A stretch of 64,000 bases of DNA from Atribacterota bacterium (GCA_040767965.1 JAXGNR010000009.1:37955-101954), one strand, 5' to 3'. Shown: positions 20,395-31,014, counted from the stretch's first letter. Notes: a model not told the origin generated them from the sequence alone. Numbers and translations: made by a program.

Positions 20395-21471
20395 GTGGCT
20401 TCTAAAAAAAGAGCAGGTTTATTTTTAGCAGTTATTATAATAATGTTTTTTTTAATATCTTTCTTGGGAATTTCAGCAACTGAAAGTAAAGGACAACTTG
20501 CCGCAGTACAAATGAAGCTGAGAATTGAAGATTTTTACTCACAACAGGACTTCACAAAAAAAATAGAAAGTCTGCTAGGAGAAGTGGCTGCTAAAACAAA
20601 TCCTGATTTTCCTACCCTTGTTGTTTTCCCGGAAGATATCGGTTTAATGCTAATTGCCCAGGATAATCAGCAAACTTTAAGTGCAGTACATACAATCGAA
20701 GAAGCTATCAAGAAAATGACTATGAAACATCTTCTACCACTTGTCTGGTTTAGATTAAGATATAATCTTTCCTGGGTACCAGCCTTGTATTATTATAAAA
20801 ATAAAGAAATTGCCCAAACCTATTTTGAAACTTTCAGCAGTTTATCTAACAAATACCGGATGTATATAGTTGCTGGTTCTGTTTTACTGCCTCATTACGA
20901 AATAAGTAATGGTGAAGTGCTTTACCAGGAAGGCCCCTTAAGTCCGAAAATATATAATACTTCATATCTTTTTAATCCTGAAGGGAAGGTTGTTGGTTTT
21001 CAGGATAAAGTACATCTGCTGGAATTGGAACAGGAAGGTGGTCTACATCTGACTGCGGGAAATTTAGATGATATCAAAGTATTTGATACTGCAATAGGCA
21101 AAATAGGAATAGCAGTTTGTCTGGATAGCTTTAAAGAAGATGTTATAAATGAACTAAGAGAAAAGGAAGCAGAAATACTTATTCAGCCTTCAGCCAATCC
21201 GGTTCTCTGGGAAAAATGGCAACAGGTAGAATGGATGGAAAGTAGTTATAAATTTACTCATGAATTGCGCTATTTTCAATATGCAGTAAATCCTATGATG
21301 AATGGAGATTTTTTTGACCTTAGCTTTTATGGACAGTCAAGCATCATAAACAGGGAAAATACAGGTAATTTAAAAAACTACTTTGATTTATCGCCACAGG
21401 ATGGATTCCTGGCAATAAGTGATTCTGCTGACCTGGAAGAAATATTGGTAGTAGAAATTGAATTACCATAA
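20395..21471 (+). CDS. Carbon-nitrogen hydrolase family protein with N-terminal membrane anchor or signal
   Basis: 358 aa; hydrophobic N-terminus; catalytic-Cys context IAVCLDSF. Confidence 0.7.
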   Translation: MASKKRAGLFLAVIIIMFFLISFLGISATESKGQLAAVQMKLRIEDFYSQQDFTKKIESLLGEVAAKTNPDFPTLVVFPEDIGLMLIAQDNQQTLSAVHTIEEAIKKMTMKHLLPLVWFRLRYNLSWVPALYYYKNKEIAQTYFETFSSLSNKYRMYIVAGSVLLPHYEISNGEVLYQEGPLSPKIYNTSYLFNPEGKVVGFQDKVHLLELEQEGGLHLTAGNLDDIKVFDTAIGKIGIAVCLDSFKEDVINELREKEAEILIQPSANPVLWEKWQQVEWMESSYKFTHELRYFQYAVNPMMNGDFFDLSFYGQSSIINRENTGNLKNYFDLSPQDGFLAISDSADLEEILVVEIELP

Positions 21472-21524
21472 AAAAAAGAAAAATAGCATCGTGATAGTAT
21501 AAAGCATTAATGGAGATATAAAAA

Positions 21525-22769
21525 ATGGAATTAAAGATTGAAGGCATCAGTCATAATGGAGAAGGAGTAGATAGAAATAAAGGGAAAGTATTTTTTGTAC
21601 CTTATGCTGTTCCTGGAGAAATTGTTCAGGTTGATATTGTAGAAGAAAAGAAAAAATACTCCCGGGCGGTTTTAAGAGAAGTTATAAAGCAATCACCTCA
21701 CCGTACAGAACCAAAGTGTCCTTATTACTATCAATGTGGTGGATGTTCCTATCAGCATGTGGAATATGAACAACAACTACTGTTAAAGAAAAATATTACT
21801 GAAGAAACAGTAAAGAGAATAGGTGGAATATCGGTAAAAAATTTAAATACTATAGGAGTGCAAAACCCCTGGAATTACAGAAACAAGGTTGTCTGGCATA
21901 TCAACAAAAGCCCGGGGAACATAAAAATGGGTTTTTACAGATATCAGAGCAGGCAATTAATTTCAATAGATAGTTGTCCTTTACTTTTACCAAAATTAAA
22001 CCAGATTAGTGCTCTAGTTAAAAATTTGCTTCCAGGTATCAATCCGGGAGAAATTAGCTCAATTATGCTACGCCAGTCTTATAATACTAACCAGGTAATT
22101 CTTGAATTTGTTAACTGCAATCCGGATAAAAAAACAGAAAAGATCCTTTCTCAGGAGATTGATGTAATCTATGAGAAAAAAGATGGACAAATAAAACTTC
22201 TTACCGGTTCGGGATCAATAAAAGAGAAAGCGGGAAATTATTATTTTTTACTATATTCAGAGTATTTTTTTCAAGTAAAACCTCTGCAGTTTAGTCCAAT
22301 AATCAATGCAGTTGTCGAGTATTTGCATCTTAATAAACAAAATAATGTACTTGATACTTATTGTGGTGCAGGAATGTTTGCCTTGAATGTTTCTGAAAAA
22401 GCATTTTCAGTAGTTGGCATAGATTCCAGCGTTTCAGCAATTAAAAATGCCAGAAAGAATGCAGAGTTGAATGATATCAAAAATTGTCAGTTTATTACCG
22501 GTTTTTGCGAATCTGTTTTGCCCAGGACAGAAAGTTCTTTTGACAGAGTAATCATTGATCCGCCTCGAACCGGTCTTAAACCAGAAGTAATCAATTCTAT
22601 AGTTAATATTTCTCCAGAAAGGATTGTCTATGTATCCTGTAATCCTGCAACCCTGGCCAGAGATCTAAAACAGTTTCTTCTAAATCAATATCAGATACTT
22701 TCTATCCAACCTGTAGATATGTTCCCCCAAACAAGCCACATTGAAAATATTGCTGTACTGATAAGGTGA
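21525..22769 (+). CDS. rlmD: 23S rRNA (uracil-C5)-methyltransferase RlmD/RumA family
   Basis: TRAM domain, Fe-S cysteines CPYYYQCGGCSYQH, class I methyltransferase C-terminus; TGA stop. Confidence 0.85.
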   Translation: MELKIEGISHNGEGVDRNKGKVFFVPYAVPGEIVQVDIVEEKKKYSRAVLREVIKQSPHRTEPKCPYYYQCGGCSYQHVEYEQQLLLKKNITEETVKRIGGISVKNLNTIGVQNPWNYRNKVVWHINKSPGNIKMGFYRYQSRQLISIDSCPLLLPKLNQISALVKNLLPGINPGEISSIMLRQSYNTNQVILEFVNCNPDKKTEKILSQEIDVIYEKKDGQIKLLTGSGSIKEKAGNYYFLLYSEYFFQVKPLQFSPIINAVVEYLHLNKQNNVLDTYCGAGMFALNVSEKAFSVVGIDSSVSAIKNARKNAELNDIKNCQFITGFCESVLPRTESSFDRVIIDPPRTGLKPEVINSIVNISPERIVYVSCNPATLARDLKQFLLNQYQILSIQPVDMFPQTSHIENIAVLIR

Positions 22770-22862
22770 TAAAATTTAAATATTTATCATAAGGACAGAG
22801 TCTTTGATTGATAGATCTCAGTAAGATATAATTATAAATAATCTTTTAAGGATGGAAACATT

Positions 22863-23390
22863 ATGTCAGATAATTATACTAATCAGGCATTATTAGTAGT
22901 TGATATGCAGAAAGAAGGCCTTTCGAAAAGAAATGTTTTTAATAAACAGGAATTAATTAATAATGTAAATAATCTTATAAGTATTTTTCGTAAAAAGAAT
23001 AAACCTCTATTTTTTATCAGGCATAATAATGATTCTTATTTGAAGGAAAATACCGAAGGTTGGCAGTTTAGCGAAGAGTTGGATTTATTCGAAAATGATA
23101 TAATTATTGACAAAAGAAATATTAATGCCTTTAGAGAGCCAAAACTTTTGTCTTTACTTGAGGAAAGCAAAATAACAGAAGTTGTTATAATAGGACTAAT
23201 TTCTAATATGTGTGTCAGGGCAACATCTCTTGGCGGACTGGAATCAGGCTTTTCAGTTTTGCTTATCAGTGATGGCCACAGTACCTTTTATAAAGATGCC
23301 GAAAAGATTATCTCAGAATGCAATTTGCAACTGGCAAAACAAGGGGCTAAAGTAATTTCTACAGAAGAATTTATCAAAAAATATATTTAA
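22863..23390 (+). CDS. Isochorismatase-family cysteine hydrolase
   Basis: LLVVDMQ N-terminal motif; catalytic Cys in ISNMCVRAT. Confidence 0.8.
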   Translation: MSDNYTNQALLVVDMQKEGLSKRNVFNKQELINNVNNLISIFRKKNKPLFFIRHNNDSYLKENTEGWQFSEELDLFENDIIIDKRNINAFREPKLLSLLEESKITEVVIIGLISNMCVRATSLGGLESGFSVLLISDGHSTFYKDAEKIISECNLQLAKQGAKVISTEEFIKKYI

Positions 23391-23425
23391 TCTGTTAGGG
23401 TAGTATACAAATATACAAAATAAAA

Positions 23426-23456
23426 TAAGGGCTGTTAATAACAGCCCTTATTTTTA
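23426..23456. terminator. Bidirectional intrinsic terminator
   Basis: AAGGGCTGTT / AACAGCCCTT stem with A-run upstream and T-run downstream, between convergent genes. Confidence 0.6.
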
Positions 23457-23474
23457 TATGATGTGTGTGATTTT

Positions 23475-24680
23475 TTATTCTGCCATTAAGTCTAAAGTTT
23501 TTATTACTCTATGGTTGGCATTTTCAATTTTAACTATAGTCATAGAATGGGACAGGTCATTTATTTCATCACAAGTATATGGTTTACAAGTGTCTTCAGT
23601 GAAATTCTTCACTTCTTTTAAGGCATCTCTTATGGCTATTCTGGCATCTTTTACAGGCATAATCATCTTTTTCCCGTCGATTTCCTGAACGACTCCAGCT
23701 CTTTCGATGGCATCAGCCAGGATAATCATTGCATCATACATCCAGGTAGAAGCACTGACTCTATAGCCGAACCCATCATTTAATTTTTTATCTACGTATT
23801 GGACTACCGGGTTGGGGTCTGCAGGAGACATATCAATTACTGAATAGATTCCTTCAGCATCATCACCAGCAATTTTTACAGTTATATCCAAACTTCCGTA
23901 AGATGCACTTCCGACAAAGTCTACATCAAGACCTAATTGTTTTACTTGTCTTAAGATTATACCGTCATCTTCAGCATTTGCACTCCAGGAGAATATACAT
24001 TCAGCGCCACTTTGTTTGATAGCTAAAAGCTGAGCAGTATAATCTAAAGTACCTCTTTGAAATCTTTGTACGGTTAGTGGTTCTACTCCATATTCCTTCA
24101 AAGCTTTTATTGTTTCTTCATTTCCGCCCTGGCCAAAAGCTTCATCACTATGAATACTAGCGACTTTAGTGTGTCCAAGATCTTCTACTATATATTTTGC
24201 CATAATATTTGCCACATTTCTATCATTAGTTCTAAAACCAAACATCCATGGATTGCCAAGTTCCCTCACGGACCATGCAGAACCACCAAAAAGAGCAGGC
24301 ATTTCTGCTTCAGCTATCAAAGGGTTAAGGGCATGGTTAATGGTACTTTTTACCGTTATAAAGCAGGCAATTACATCGTGATCATATGCTAAAATGTTTG
24401 TAGAAGCAATAGCTCCCGGGTTAGTACCCTGGTTATCTTCATAAACTATTTTGACTGGAATTCCGTTAATTCCGCCATTTTCATTGATTTTTTCAACAGC
24501 TATTTGCCAGTTTCTTAGTTCGACATCACCTTCTAAAGCTGTAAGCCCGGTGATCATCATAGATCCACCGATTTCAATGAATTCTGGTGCTGGTTGCCAA
24601 TTGATCTCAGCGGTTGATGTGTTGAAAAATACTAGGGTGATTGAAAGTATAAGAAATAGACCAAAAATAAATTTCTTCAT
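23475..24680 (-). CDS. ABC transporter substrate-binding protein, branched-chain amino acid (Liv-type) family
   Basis: 401 aa with signal peptide; type 1 periplasmic binding fold motifs; no cognate permease adjacent. Confidence 0.75.
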   Translation of the reverse strand: MKKFIFGLFLILSITLVFFNTSTAEINWQPAPEFIEIGGSMMITGLTALEGDVELRNWQIAVEKINENGGINGIPVKIVYEDNQGTNPGAIASTNILAYDHDVIACFITVKSTINHALNPLIAEAEMPALFGGSAWSVRELGNPWMFGFRTNDRNVANIMAKYIVEDLGHTKVASIHSDEAFGQGGNEETIKALKEYGVEPLTVQRFQRGTLDYTAQLLAIKQSGAECIFSWSANAEDDGIILRQVKQLGLDVDFVGSASYGSLDITVKIAGDDAEGIYSVIDMSPADPNPVVQYVDKKLNDGFGYRVSASTWMYDAMIILADAIERAGVVQEIDGKKMIMPVKDARIAIRDALKEVKNFTEDTCKPYTCDEINDLSHSMTIVKIENANHRVIKTLDLMAE

Positions 24681-25124
24681 TATATTCTCCTTTTAATGTT
24701 TACAATTTTAATACTCATTCTTAGAAGATTTTTTGTCTATACAATCACCTCCTTAATACTTTACTTTTAGCAGCAATTTTGAGTTGTTTTAAATCTGCTT
24801 ATGATAATAAAAATATAAAGGTGGTACGACGTAGTGTTGTGATTGTAGCTCAAGTGAAGTTTACATAGGTTATTTAAATATATATTCATTTTAGTACATG
24901 TTATCGAAAATATCAAGAAAATTTATTTTACAGAAAAAGGAAAAATATTGAAAAAATTATTAAAATATGAAATAATCAAATAAATAATTATTCTAATGCA
25001 ATGAATTCACAAGAAATAAAATGGTTAAATAAAAAGTTAAAAGGGGGTGATTTTTATAGTAATTTTAATGTCCATTTGAATAATTAATGGACTTTTAAGA
25101 AGCTGCTTGAATGTGCATTGTTGT

Positions 25125-25154
25125 TTAATTAGAAATTCCAGAGATTCTAATTAA
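25125..25154. promoter_or_regulatory. Perfect 10-bp inverted repeat just upstream of the dctP RBS (candidate operator)
   Basis: TTAATTAGAA-N10-TTCTAATTAA ending about 15 nt before the GGAGG RBS. Confidence 0.3.
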
Positions 25155-25175
25155 ATTTTAATAAGGAGGTTAACA

Positions 25176-26219
25176 ATGTTATCAATAAGAAAGCAGCAAT
25201 TTTTAATTTTTGTAATGTTGGTTGTTTCGGTAGTTATTTTTTCTTTCTCCGTTTCCGCACAAGAAAAGATCATTTGGAGATCTTCAAGTTTTGGTCCTGC
25301 ATCCAATTATTCTCAAATCCATCACGATAAATGTTGTGAAGCAATTACTCAAGCAAGTGGTGGAAGAATGGAAGTAAAAGCATTTGTTGGTGGCTCTATT
25401 ATTCCAGAAACAAAAGAACTAGATGCTGTAATTGAAGGTGTAATCGATTTATGTTACACCTGCCCGATGTATAATTTAGACAAATGGCCAGCAGCTGGTT
25501 TAATTAGTTCACGACCAGGTGGGTTACCAGGTCAATACCTAATACAATGGTTTGATTATGGTGGCGGGTATGAACTAATGAACAAAATGATGGAAGGATA
25601 CAATGTTATGGTCATGCCAGGATTCTTGTCCCCTGAACCACCAGAAGTTTTCCTCCATTCAAAGAAAAAAATTGAAACACCTGATGATTTAAAAGGATTG
25701 AAAGTACGTACATCTGGTGATGGTGGAGAAATTCTTGCCAGAATGGGTGTTTCAACTATATTTTTACCTGGAGGTGAACTATACGAAGCAATGCAGAGAG
25801 GTACTATAGATGCTTTTGAATATGCTGGTTTATCAACCAATTGGAGTATGCATTTTGATGAAATTGCCGAGTATGTAATTTTGTCACCATTAAGAGCACC
25901 CAGCGATCCTCATGTCTGGTTTGTTAATAAGGATTCCTGGGAAGCACTTCCTGATGATCTAAAAGTGTTAGTTCAGAATGTAATAGCAAGATGGACTCAG
26001 GAACAGCAGAATTTTGAAAGCCATTATGATATTGAAGCACTGCAAAATTTTAAGGATGCTGGATGTGTAGTATATAACTTACCCAAAGAAGTAGAAGATG
26101 CACTTTCAAAAGAAGCTCAGGAATTTTATACTGAAAAAGCTGCTAAAGAGAGTCCCATATTTGGAGAAATTCTGGATTCTATGAATAATTATGGTAAATT
26201 ATCTGGACTTTGGGAATAA
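25176..26219 (+). CDS. dctP: TRAP transporter substrate-binding protein (DctP family)
   Basis: Signal peptide; DctP-like fold; followed by dctQ and dctM. Confidence 0.8.
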   Translation: MLSIRKQQFLIFVMLVVSVVIFSFSVSAQEKIIWRSSSFGPASNYSQIHHDKCCEAITQASGGRMEVKAFVGGSIIPETKELDAVIEGVIDLCYTCPMYNLDKWPAAGLISSRPGGLPGQYLIQWFDYGGGYELMNKMMEGYNVMVMPGFLSPEPPEVFLHSKKKIETPDDLKGLKVRTSGDGGEILARMGVSTIFLPGGELYEAMQRGTIDAFEYAGLSTNWSMHFDEIAEYVILSPLRAPSDPHVWFVNKDSWEALPDDLKVLVQNVIARWTQEQQNFESHYDIEALQNFKDAGCVVYNLPKEVEDALSKEAQEFYTEKAAKESPIFGEILDSMNNYGKLSGLWE

Positions 26220-26242
26220 ATTTCAAATAATTTTAATGTACT

Positions 26243-26788
26243 ATGAATAATCACAGGGAGTTAACAAGTATGATAACTTTAAAAAAAATAGTTAGAGTTA
26301 TTGATACATTCAGTAAATATGCCGGCTTATCTGCAAGATGGCTTGCTTGGCTCCTTGTCTTAGTAGGCGCATATGACACAATCATGAGGCATTTTTTTAA
26401 TGCGCCTACTATTTGGGCATATGAAACTATGTGTATGGCTGGTGGGGCTCTTTATGCTCTTGGATGGTCTTACTGCCATTTATATGATTCTCATGTTAGA
26501 GTAGATTTATTATACCGCCTGCTTCCTGACAGAAAAAAAGCTTTGATGGATGTGATAAGTTCTTTAGTATTTTTTTTCCCCTTAATGATAGTACTTGTGC
26601 AGGTTTCTACCAAATGGGCAATGAGAGCATGGAGAATCAATGAGATTATGATTTCAACTTATTGGTATCCCCCAGCCGGTCCTTTTAGGACAGTGGTTGC
26701 TATAGGATCTGTTTTGTTGCTCCTACAAGGTATAGCTAAGCTAATTCGTGACCTATATTTTGTAATAAGGGGTGAGCCATTTGATTGA
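26243..26788 (+). CDS. dctQ: TRAP transporter small permease (DctQ family)
   Basis: 181 aa, four predicted TM helices, between dctP and dctM. Confidence 0.75.
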   Translation: MNNHRELTSMITLKKIVRVIDTFSKYAGLSARWLAWLLVLVGAYDTIMRHFFNAPTIWAYETMCMAGGALYALGWSYCHLYDSHVRVDLLYRLLPDRKKALMDVISSLVFFFPLMIVLVQVSTKWAMRAWRINEIMISTYWYPPAGPFRTVVAIGSVLLLLQGIAKLIRDLYFVIRGEPFD

Positions 26789-28121
26789 ATTAAGTGAACA
26801 GGTTATTACAATTTTGATGTTAGGGGGAGTTCTTACCCTTGTTATGACTGGCTTTCCAATTGCTTTTGTTATAGCCAGCATAGCGCTTTTTATGGGAATA
26901 TTCTTATTTGGAGGAGAAATAACATATCATATTTTATATAGCAGACTTTATAGCATGTTGTTAAGTTATCCATTTCTTGCTGTTCCTCTTTTTACTTTTA
27001 TGGGTGTTATTCTTCAAATGTCTGGAATTGTTGAAGAGTTGTATACAGTACTATATGAAAGCATGAGTGGATTTAGAGGGGGTTTAGCAATTGTAACAAT
27101 AATATTTGGAACTATATTAGCAGCATGTTTAGGTGTAATAACCGCTTCTGTTACCATGTTGACATTAATCGCTCTTGCACCTATGGTAACTAGAGGGTAC
27201 AGCAAATCCCTTGCTTCAGGTTCAGTTGTTGCTGCTGGTACCCTTGGCATATTAATTCCTCCCAGTATTATGTTAGTTGTGTATGCACCTCAAGCTGGTC
27301 TTTCTATCGGACAAATGTTTATGGCTGCTTTTACTCCAGGATTAATTCTTTCAGCTTCCTATATAGCTTATGTTGGGATTCGATGTTATTTAAATCCTAA
27401 ATTAGGACCCCCGGTATCAGAAGAGAAAAAATCAAAATTACCTTTTGTGGCTAAATTAATAAAGCTATTGAAATCATTGCTTCCTCCTGTATTTATTATT
27501 CTAGCTGTTTTAGGGACTATATTTTTGGGAATAGCTCCTCCAACAGAAGCAGCAGCGATGGGAAGTCTGGCCGCTGTTTTATTAGCAGTAGTGTATCGAA
27601 AAATGACCTGGGATATTGCTAAGCGAGCAGCAATTGAAACACTTCGAGTCAGTTCTTTTGTACTTTTAATTGCAGGAATCTGTTATGCTTATGTTGGTGT
27701 TTTTATGAATGCCGGAGGCGGAAATGTTGTAAAGGAAGCAATTTTGTCTGTTCCTGGTGGGAAATGGGGTTCATTTTTTGTAATTATGTTAATCGTATTT
27801 TTACTGGGAATGTTCATTGAATGGATCGGTATCGTTTTTATTATTGTACCGATTTTGACACCTGTTATAACAGCTTTAGGTTTTGACCCACTTTGGGCTG
27901 GCATGATGGTTTGTATTAATTTACAGATGGCCTTTCAAACACCCCCTATGGCTATGTCGGTTTTTGTCTGTCAAGGGACTGCCCCTCCAGAGCTTGGTGT
28001 TACATTGCAGGACATTATAAAAGGGGTAATTCCTTTTATTGCAATTATTGCTTTTTGGTTGTTTATGTTTAGCATTTATCCTCAATTAATAACCTGGTTG
28101 CCAAATCTAATGATGAAATAA
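26772..28121 (+). CDS. dctM: TRAP transporter large permease (DctM family)
   Basis: 449 aa polytopic permease; true start may be a downstream ATG near 26816. Confidence 0.9.
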   Translation: MSHLIELSEQVITILMLGGVLTLVMTGFPIAFVIASIALFMGIFLFGGEITYHILYSRLYSMLLSYPFLAVPLFTFMGVILQMSGIVEELYTVLYESMSGFRGGLAIVTIIFGTILAACLGVITASVTMLTLIALAPMVTRGYSKSLASGSVVAAGTLGILIPPSIMLVVYAPQAGLSIGQMFMAAFTPGLILSASYIAYVGIRCYLNPKLGPPVSEEKKSKLPFVAKLIKLLKSLLPPVFIILAVLGTIFLGIAPPTEAAAMGSLAAVLLAVVYRKMTWDIAKRAAIETLRVSSFVLLIAGICYAYVGVFMNAGGGNVVKEAILSVPGGKWGSFFVIMLIVFLLGMFIEWIGIVFIIVPILTPVITALGFDPLWAGMMVCINLQMAFQTPPMAMSVFVCQGTAPPELGVTLQDIIKGVIPFIAIIAFWLFMFSIYPQLITWLPNLMMK

Positions 28122-28137
28122 TGTTATATTAGAAAGT

Positions 28138-28197
28138 AAGATAATAGTTTTAGTTGCAGCTGCATATTTTTTAAAATGCAACTAAAACTATTATCTT
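28138..28197 (+). terminator. Long perfect hairpin (about 20-bp stem) after dctM
   Basis: AAGATAATAGTTTTAGTTGCA ... TGCAACTAAAACTATTATCTT. Confidence 0.55.
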
Positions 28198-28444
28198 TAA
28201 AAATAATTTTCCAGTATTTTATTTTTTCAGCCTCTACAATATTTTCACTACAATAAATTTCCTCCAAGACCTTTGATAATTAAATAATATTTCTTTATTT
28301 AAGATACAATCTTTACCAGTTTTATTTTTGTAACTAATCTCAAGATCAAAATTTAACAAATATTTTTATTGAAATTTGAAAGAAAAAATTCCTCTTTTGC
28401 GTATTATCAGAAGAAGCAAATAAACCAATTGGAGGAAATTAATT

Positions 28445-29149
28445 ATGAAAATCAGGACAAATGTTATAATCAAATCTTTAATATCTATCATGATGACTTT
28501 ACTAATAACATTACTTTTAGTTTCTCATGCATCAGCACAAAGGGGTAATAATAATTTTGATAGAGGAATAAATATTGCTATTAACAATACAGATGCCGGA
28601 ACCTTAAATCAAGCAGAAATTGAAGGATTGCTGTTGATGAGAGAAGAGGAAAAATTAGCCAGAGATGTGTATACAGCATTATATGAAATTTGGAATCTGA
28701 GAGTATTTGAGTCTATTGGACAGGGAAGCGAAACAACCCATATGGATGCAATGAAGGCTCTTTTAGACCGTTATGGCTTGGAAGATCCAGTAAGGGATGA
28801 TATTCCCGGTGTTTTTCAAAATGAAGAATTACAAAAAGCTTATGATGAATTAATTCAAAAAGGAAGCCAATCAATGCAGGATGCCCTGTTGGTTGGTGCT
28901 TATATTGAAGATCTGGATATCTATGATTTACAAAGATTAATTCAAGAAACAGATAACGATGATATCAAGATTACTTACCAAAATTTATTAAAAGGTTCAC
29001 GTAATCATCTTAGGGCTTTTGACAGACAATTACAACGATACAATATCTCCTATGAAGCACAGTTCCTAAGTCAAGGAGAATATGACCGGATTGCAGCGAG
29101 CAGACAGGAAGCAGGAGGAGCCATCACTGATCCTGATTATATTTTTTAG
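28445..29149 (+). CDS. Secreted ferritin-like DUF2202 family protein
   Basis: Signal peptide; paired helical E-rich motifs (REEEKLARDVY, GAYIEDLDIY). Confidence 0.6.
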   Translation: MKIRTNVIIKSLISIMMTLLITLLLVSHASAQRGNNNFDRGINIAINNTDAGTLNQAEIEGLLLMREEEKLARDVYTALYEIWNLRVFESIGQGSETTHMDAMKALLDRYGLEDPVRDDIPGVFQNEELQKAYDELIQKGSQSMQDALLVGAYIEDLDIYDLQRLIQETDNDDIKITYQNLLKGSRNHLRAFDRQLQRYNISYEAQFLSQGEYDRIAASRQEAGGAITDPDYIF

Positions 29150-29182
29150 TGACTTTTCTTAAAACTTGAAGAAATTAATTGC

Positions 29183-29214
29183 AAAGCTACCTGAAATTCA
29201 GGTAGCTTTTTTGT
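29183..29214 (+). terminator. Intrinsic terminator
   Basis: AAAGCTACCTGA / TCAGGTAGCTTT stem followed by TTTTTTGTT. Confidence 0.6.
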
Positions 29215-29316
29215 TGCATGTGACAGATATGTAAAAGATGATTATAATGTTATTAATTTTCAATACAACAGCTGATTCTTTATAAACTGATAAATATAGG
29301 AAGGAATATTCTTATA

Positions 29317-29490
29317 TGAAATATATTTGTCCTTTAATTGTGGTAGAAGACGTAAACCGCTCCAGGTTTTTATATGAAAAAATATTAAGACAGAAGGTAA
29401 AAGCAGATTATGGGGAAAATGTAGTTATCGAAGGGGATATTCGTTCAACCTGGTGTCAATTATTTAAAAAAAGAAGATCTAAATTTTAAA
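29317..29490 (+). pseudogene. Possible truncated VOC/glyoxalase-family remnant
   Basis: 57-aa ORF with PLIVVEDVNRSRFLYEKIL resembling a glyoxalase N-terminal beta-alpha unit; too short for a full domain. Confidence 0.3.
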
Positions 29491-29497
29491 AATTATT

Positions 29498-30364
29498 ATG
29501 ATAGATAAAAAATATACAGAAATAGATTGTAAAACAGCATTAAACCGACTTAAAAGGAGAATGCCTTACAGGTGGGATTTGAATATTTATCGTGGTTGTG
29601 AACACGGTTGCAAATATTGTTATGCAATTTACTCTCACGATTATCTTGGTTTGAAGAGCTATTCTAAAGATATATTTATAAAAACAAATATTATTGATAA
29701 TTTGGAAAAAGAACTAAGCGACCCGGGATGGAAGAGAGAAATAATAAATATCGGGGGAGTGACAGACAGCTACCAGCCAGCAGAAGAACATTATAAGCTA
29801 ATGCCTGAAATACTAAAGCTTCTTATCAAATATAAAACTCCAGCCATTATTTCCACTAAATCAGATTTGATTTTAAGAGATTTTGATTTAATAGATAAAT
29901 TATCAAAATTAACATATATTAATATAGCCAGCACAATAACCACAACTGATGAAAAGATAAGAAAATTAATTGAACCTGGAGGAGTAGATTCAAAAAGACG
30001 TTTTGAAATGCTTAAATTATTCCGAAAAACAAATGCTTCAGTAGGCCTGCATGTGATGCCTATAATTCCATATCTTACAGACAATTTTAAAAATATTAAC
30101 ACACTCTTTTGTATGGCAAAAAATAGTGATGTTCACTATGTTTTAACAGGAACACTCTACTTAAGAGGTAAAACAAGAATCATATTTTTTGATTTTATAA
30201 AAGAAAAATTCCCGGATTTTTATCAGAAAATAAATACTCTATATAAGACTGGAGGAGCAGGCAAGGAGTATAAAGACTCTCTATATAAAGCTGTCAATAA
30301 ACTAAGAGAAAAATATTCTCTTTCTGGTAGTTATTCAATTATTATGAAGGAAAAGTTAAAATAA
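29498..30364 (+). CDS. Radical SAM protein, SplB/DNA-photolyase-like (COG1533-type)
   Basis: 288 aa; CEHGCKYCYA CxxxCxxC motif. Confidence 0.7.
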   Translation: MIDKKYTEIDCKTALNRLKRRMPYRWDLNIYRGCEHGCKYCYAIYSHDYLGLKSYSKDIFIKTNIIDNLEKELSDPGWKREIINIGGVTDSYQPAEEHYKLMPEILKLLIKYKTPAIISTKSDLILRDFDLIDKLSKLTYINIASTITTTDEKIRKLIEPGGVDSKRRFEMLKLFRKTNASVGLHVMPIIPYLTDNFKNINTLFCMAKNSDVHYVLTGTLYLRGKTRIIFFDFIKEKFPDFYQKINTLYKTGGAGKEYKDSLYKAVNKLREKYSLSGSYSIIMKEKLK

Positions 30365-30421
30365 AATTGTTTGATAAATTTTTAGATAATTAAAAATAGA
30401 AATAGTTTGGAGGTTAAAATA

Positions 30422-30745
30422 ATGATTTCAAAAAGAATGAAGATATGCATATCCATGGGGATCATTTTGGGATTATTGTGCATTATTGGAGCCTTAATCA
30501 GATCCGGATTTAAAGCTGACACTATTTATTTGTTTTCTTTATGGTATAATCGCCTCCTAATGGGAATCATGATTGGGTTGGCCTCTTATACTAATAATTT
30601 ACCCAAGTTGCTTATTCGAGGGACTGTATTGGGTTTTCTTGTTTCTTTTGCATTTTACAGTGCAATTGGATTTCATGATGTTATAAGCTTCCTGGCTGGG
30701 ATTGTTTACGGGGTAATTATTGAGGCAATAGCTTATAAATACTGA
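30422..30745 (+). CDS. Small integral membrane protein
   Basis: About 107 aa with three hydrophobic helices; GGAGG RBS before ATG 30422. Confidence 0.5.
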   Translation: MISKRMKICISMGIILGLLCIIGALIRSGFKADTIYLFSLWYNRLLMGIMIGLASYTNNLPKLLIRGTVLGFLVSFAFYSAIGFHDVISFLAGIVYGVIIEAIAYKY

Positions 30746-31014
30746 TAATAAATAAATATTTAGTGTGTCTTAATATATGTTCAAAAAATACCACAAAATA
30801 TATAAAAAATAATAAAGTCATTAATGGCTCTTAATAGCAGATAGCAGATTATTCATGGTAATTATTTAGATATTTTATTAAAGACAGTTAATTAATTAAA
30901 ATAAGAGGCTAAAAAATTTCAGGGCTGCAAAGAATAGATAGATTAAACCTTTTAACATTTTATATAATAAATGTATCAAAATAGAATAAAGTTAAAAAGG
31001 AAATAGAAAAATAG

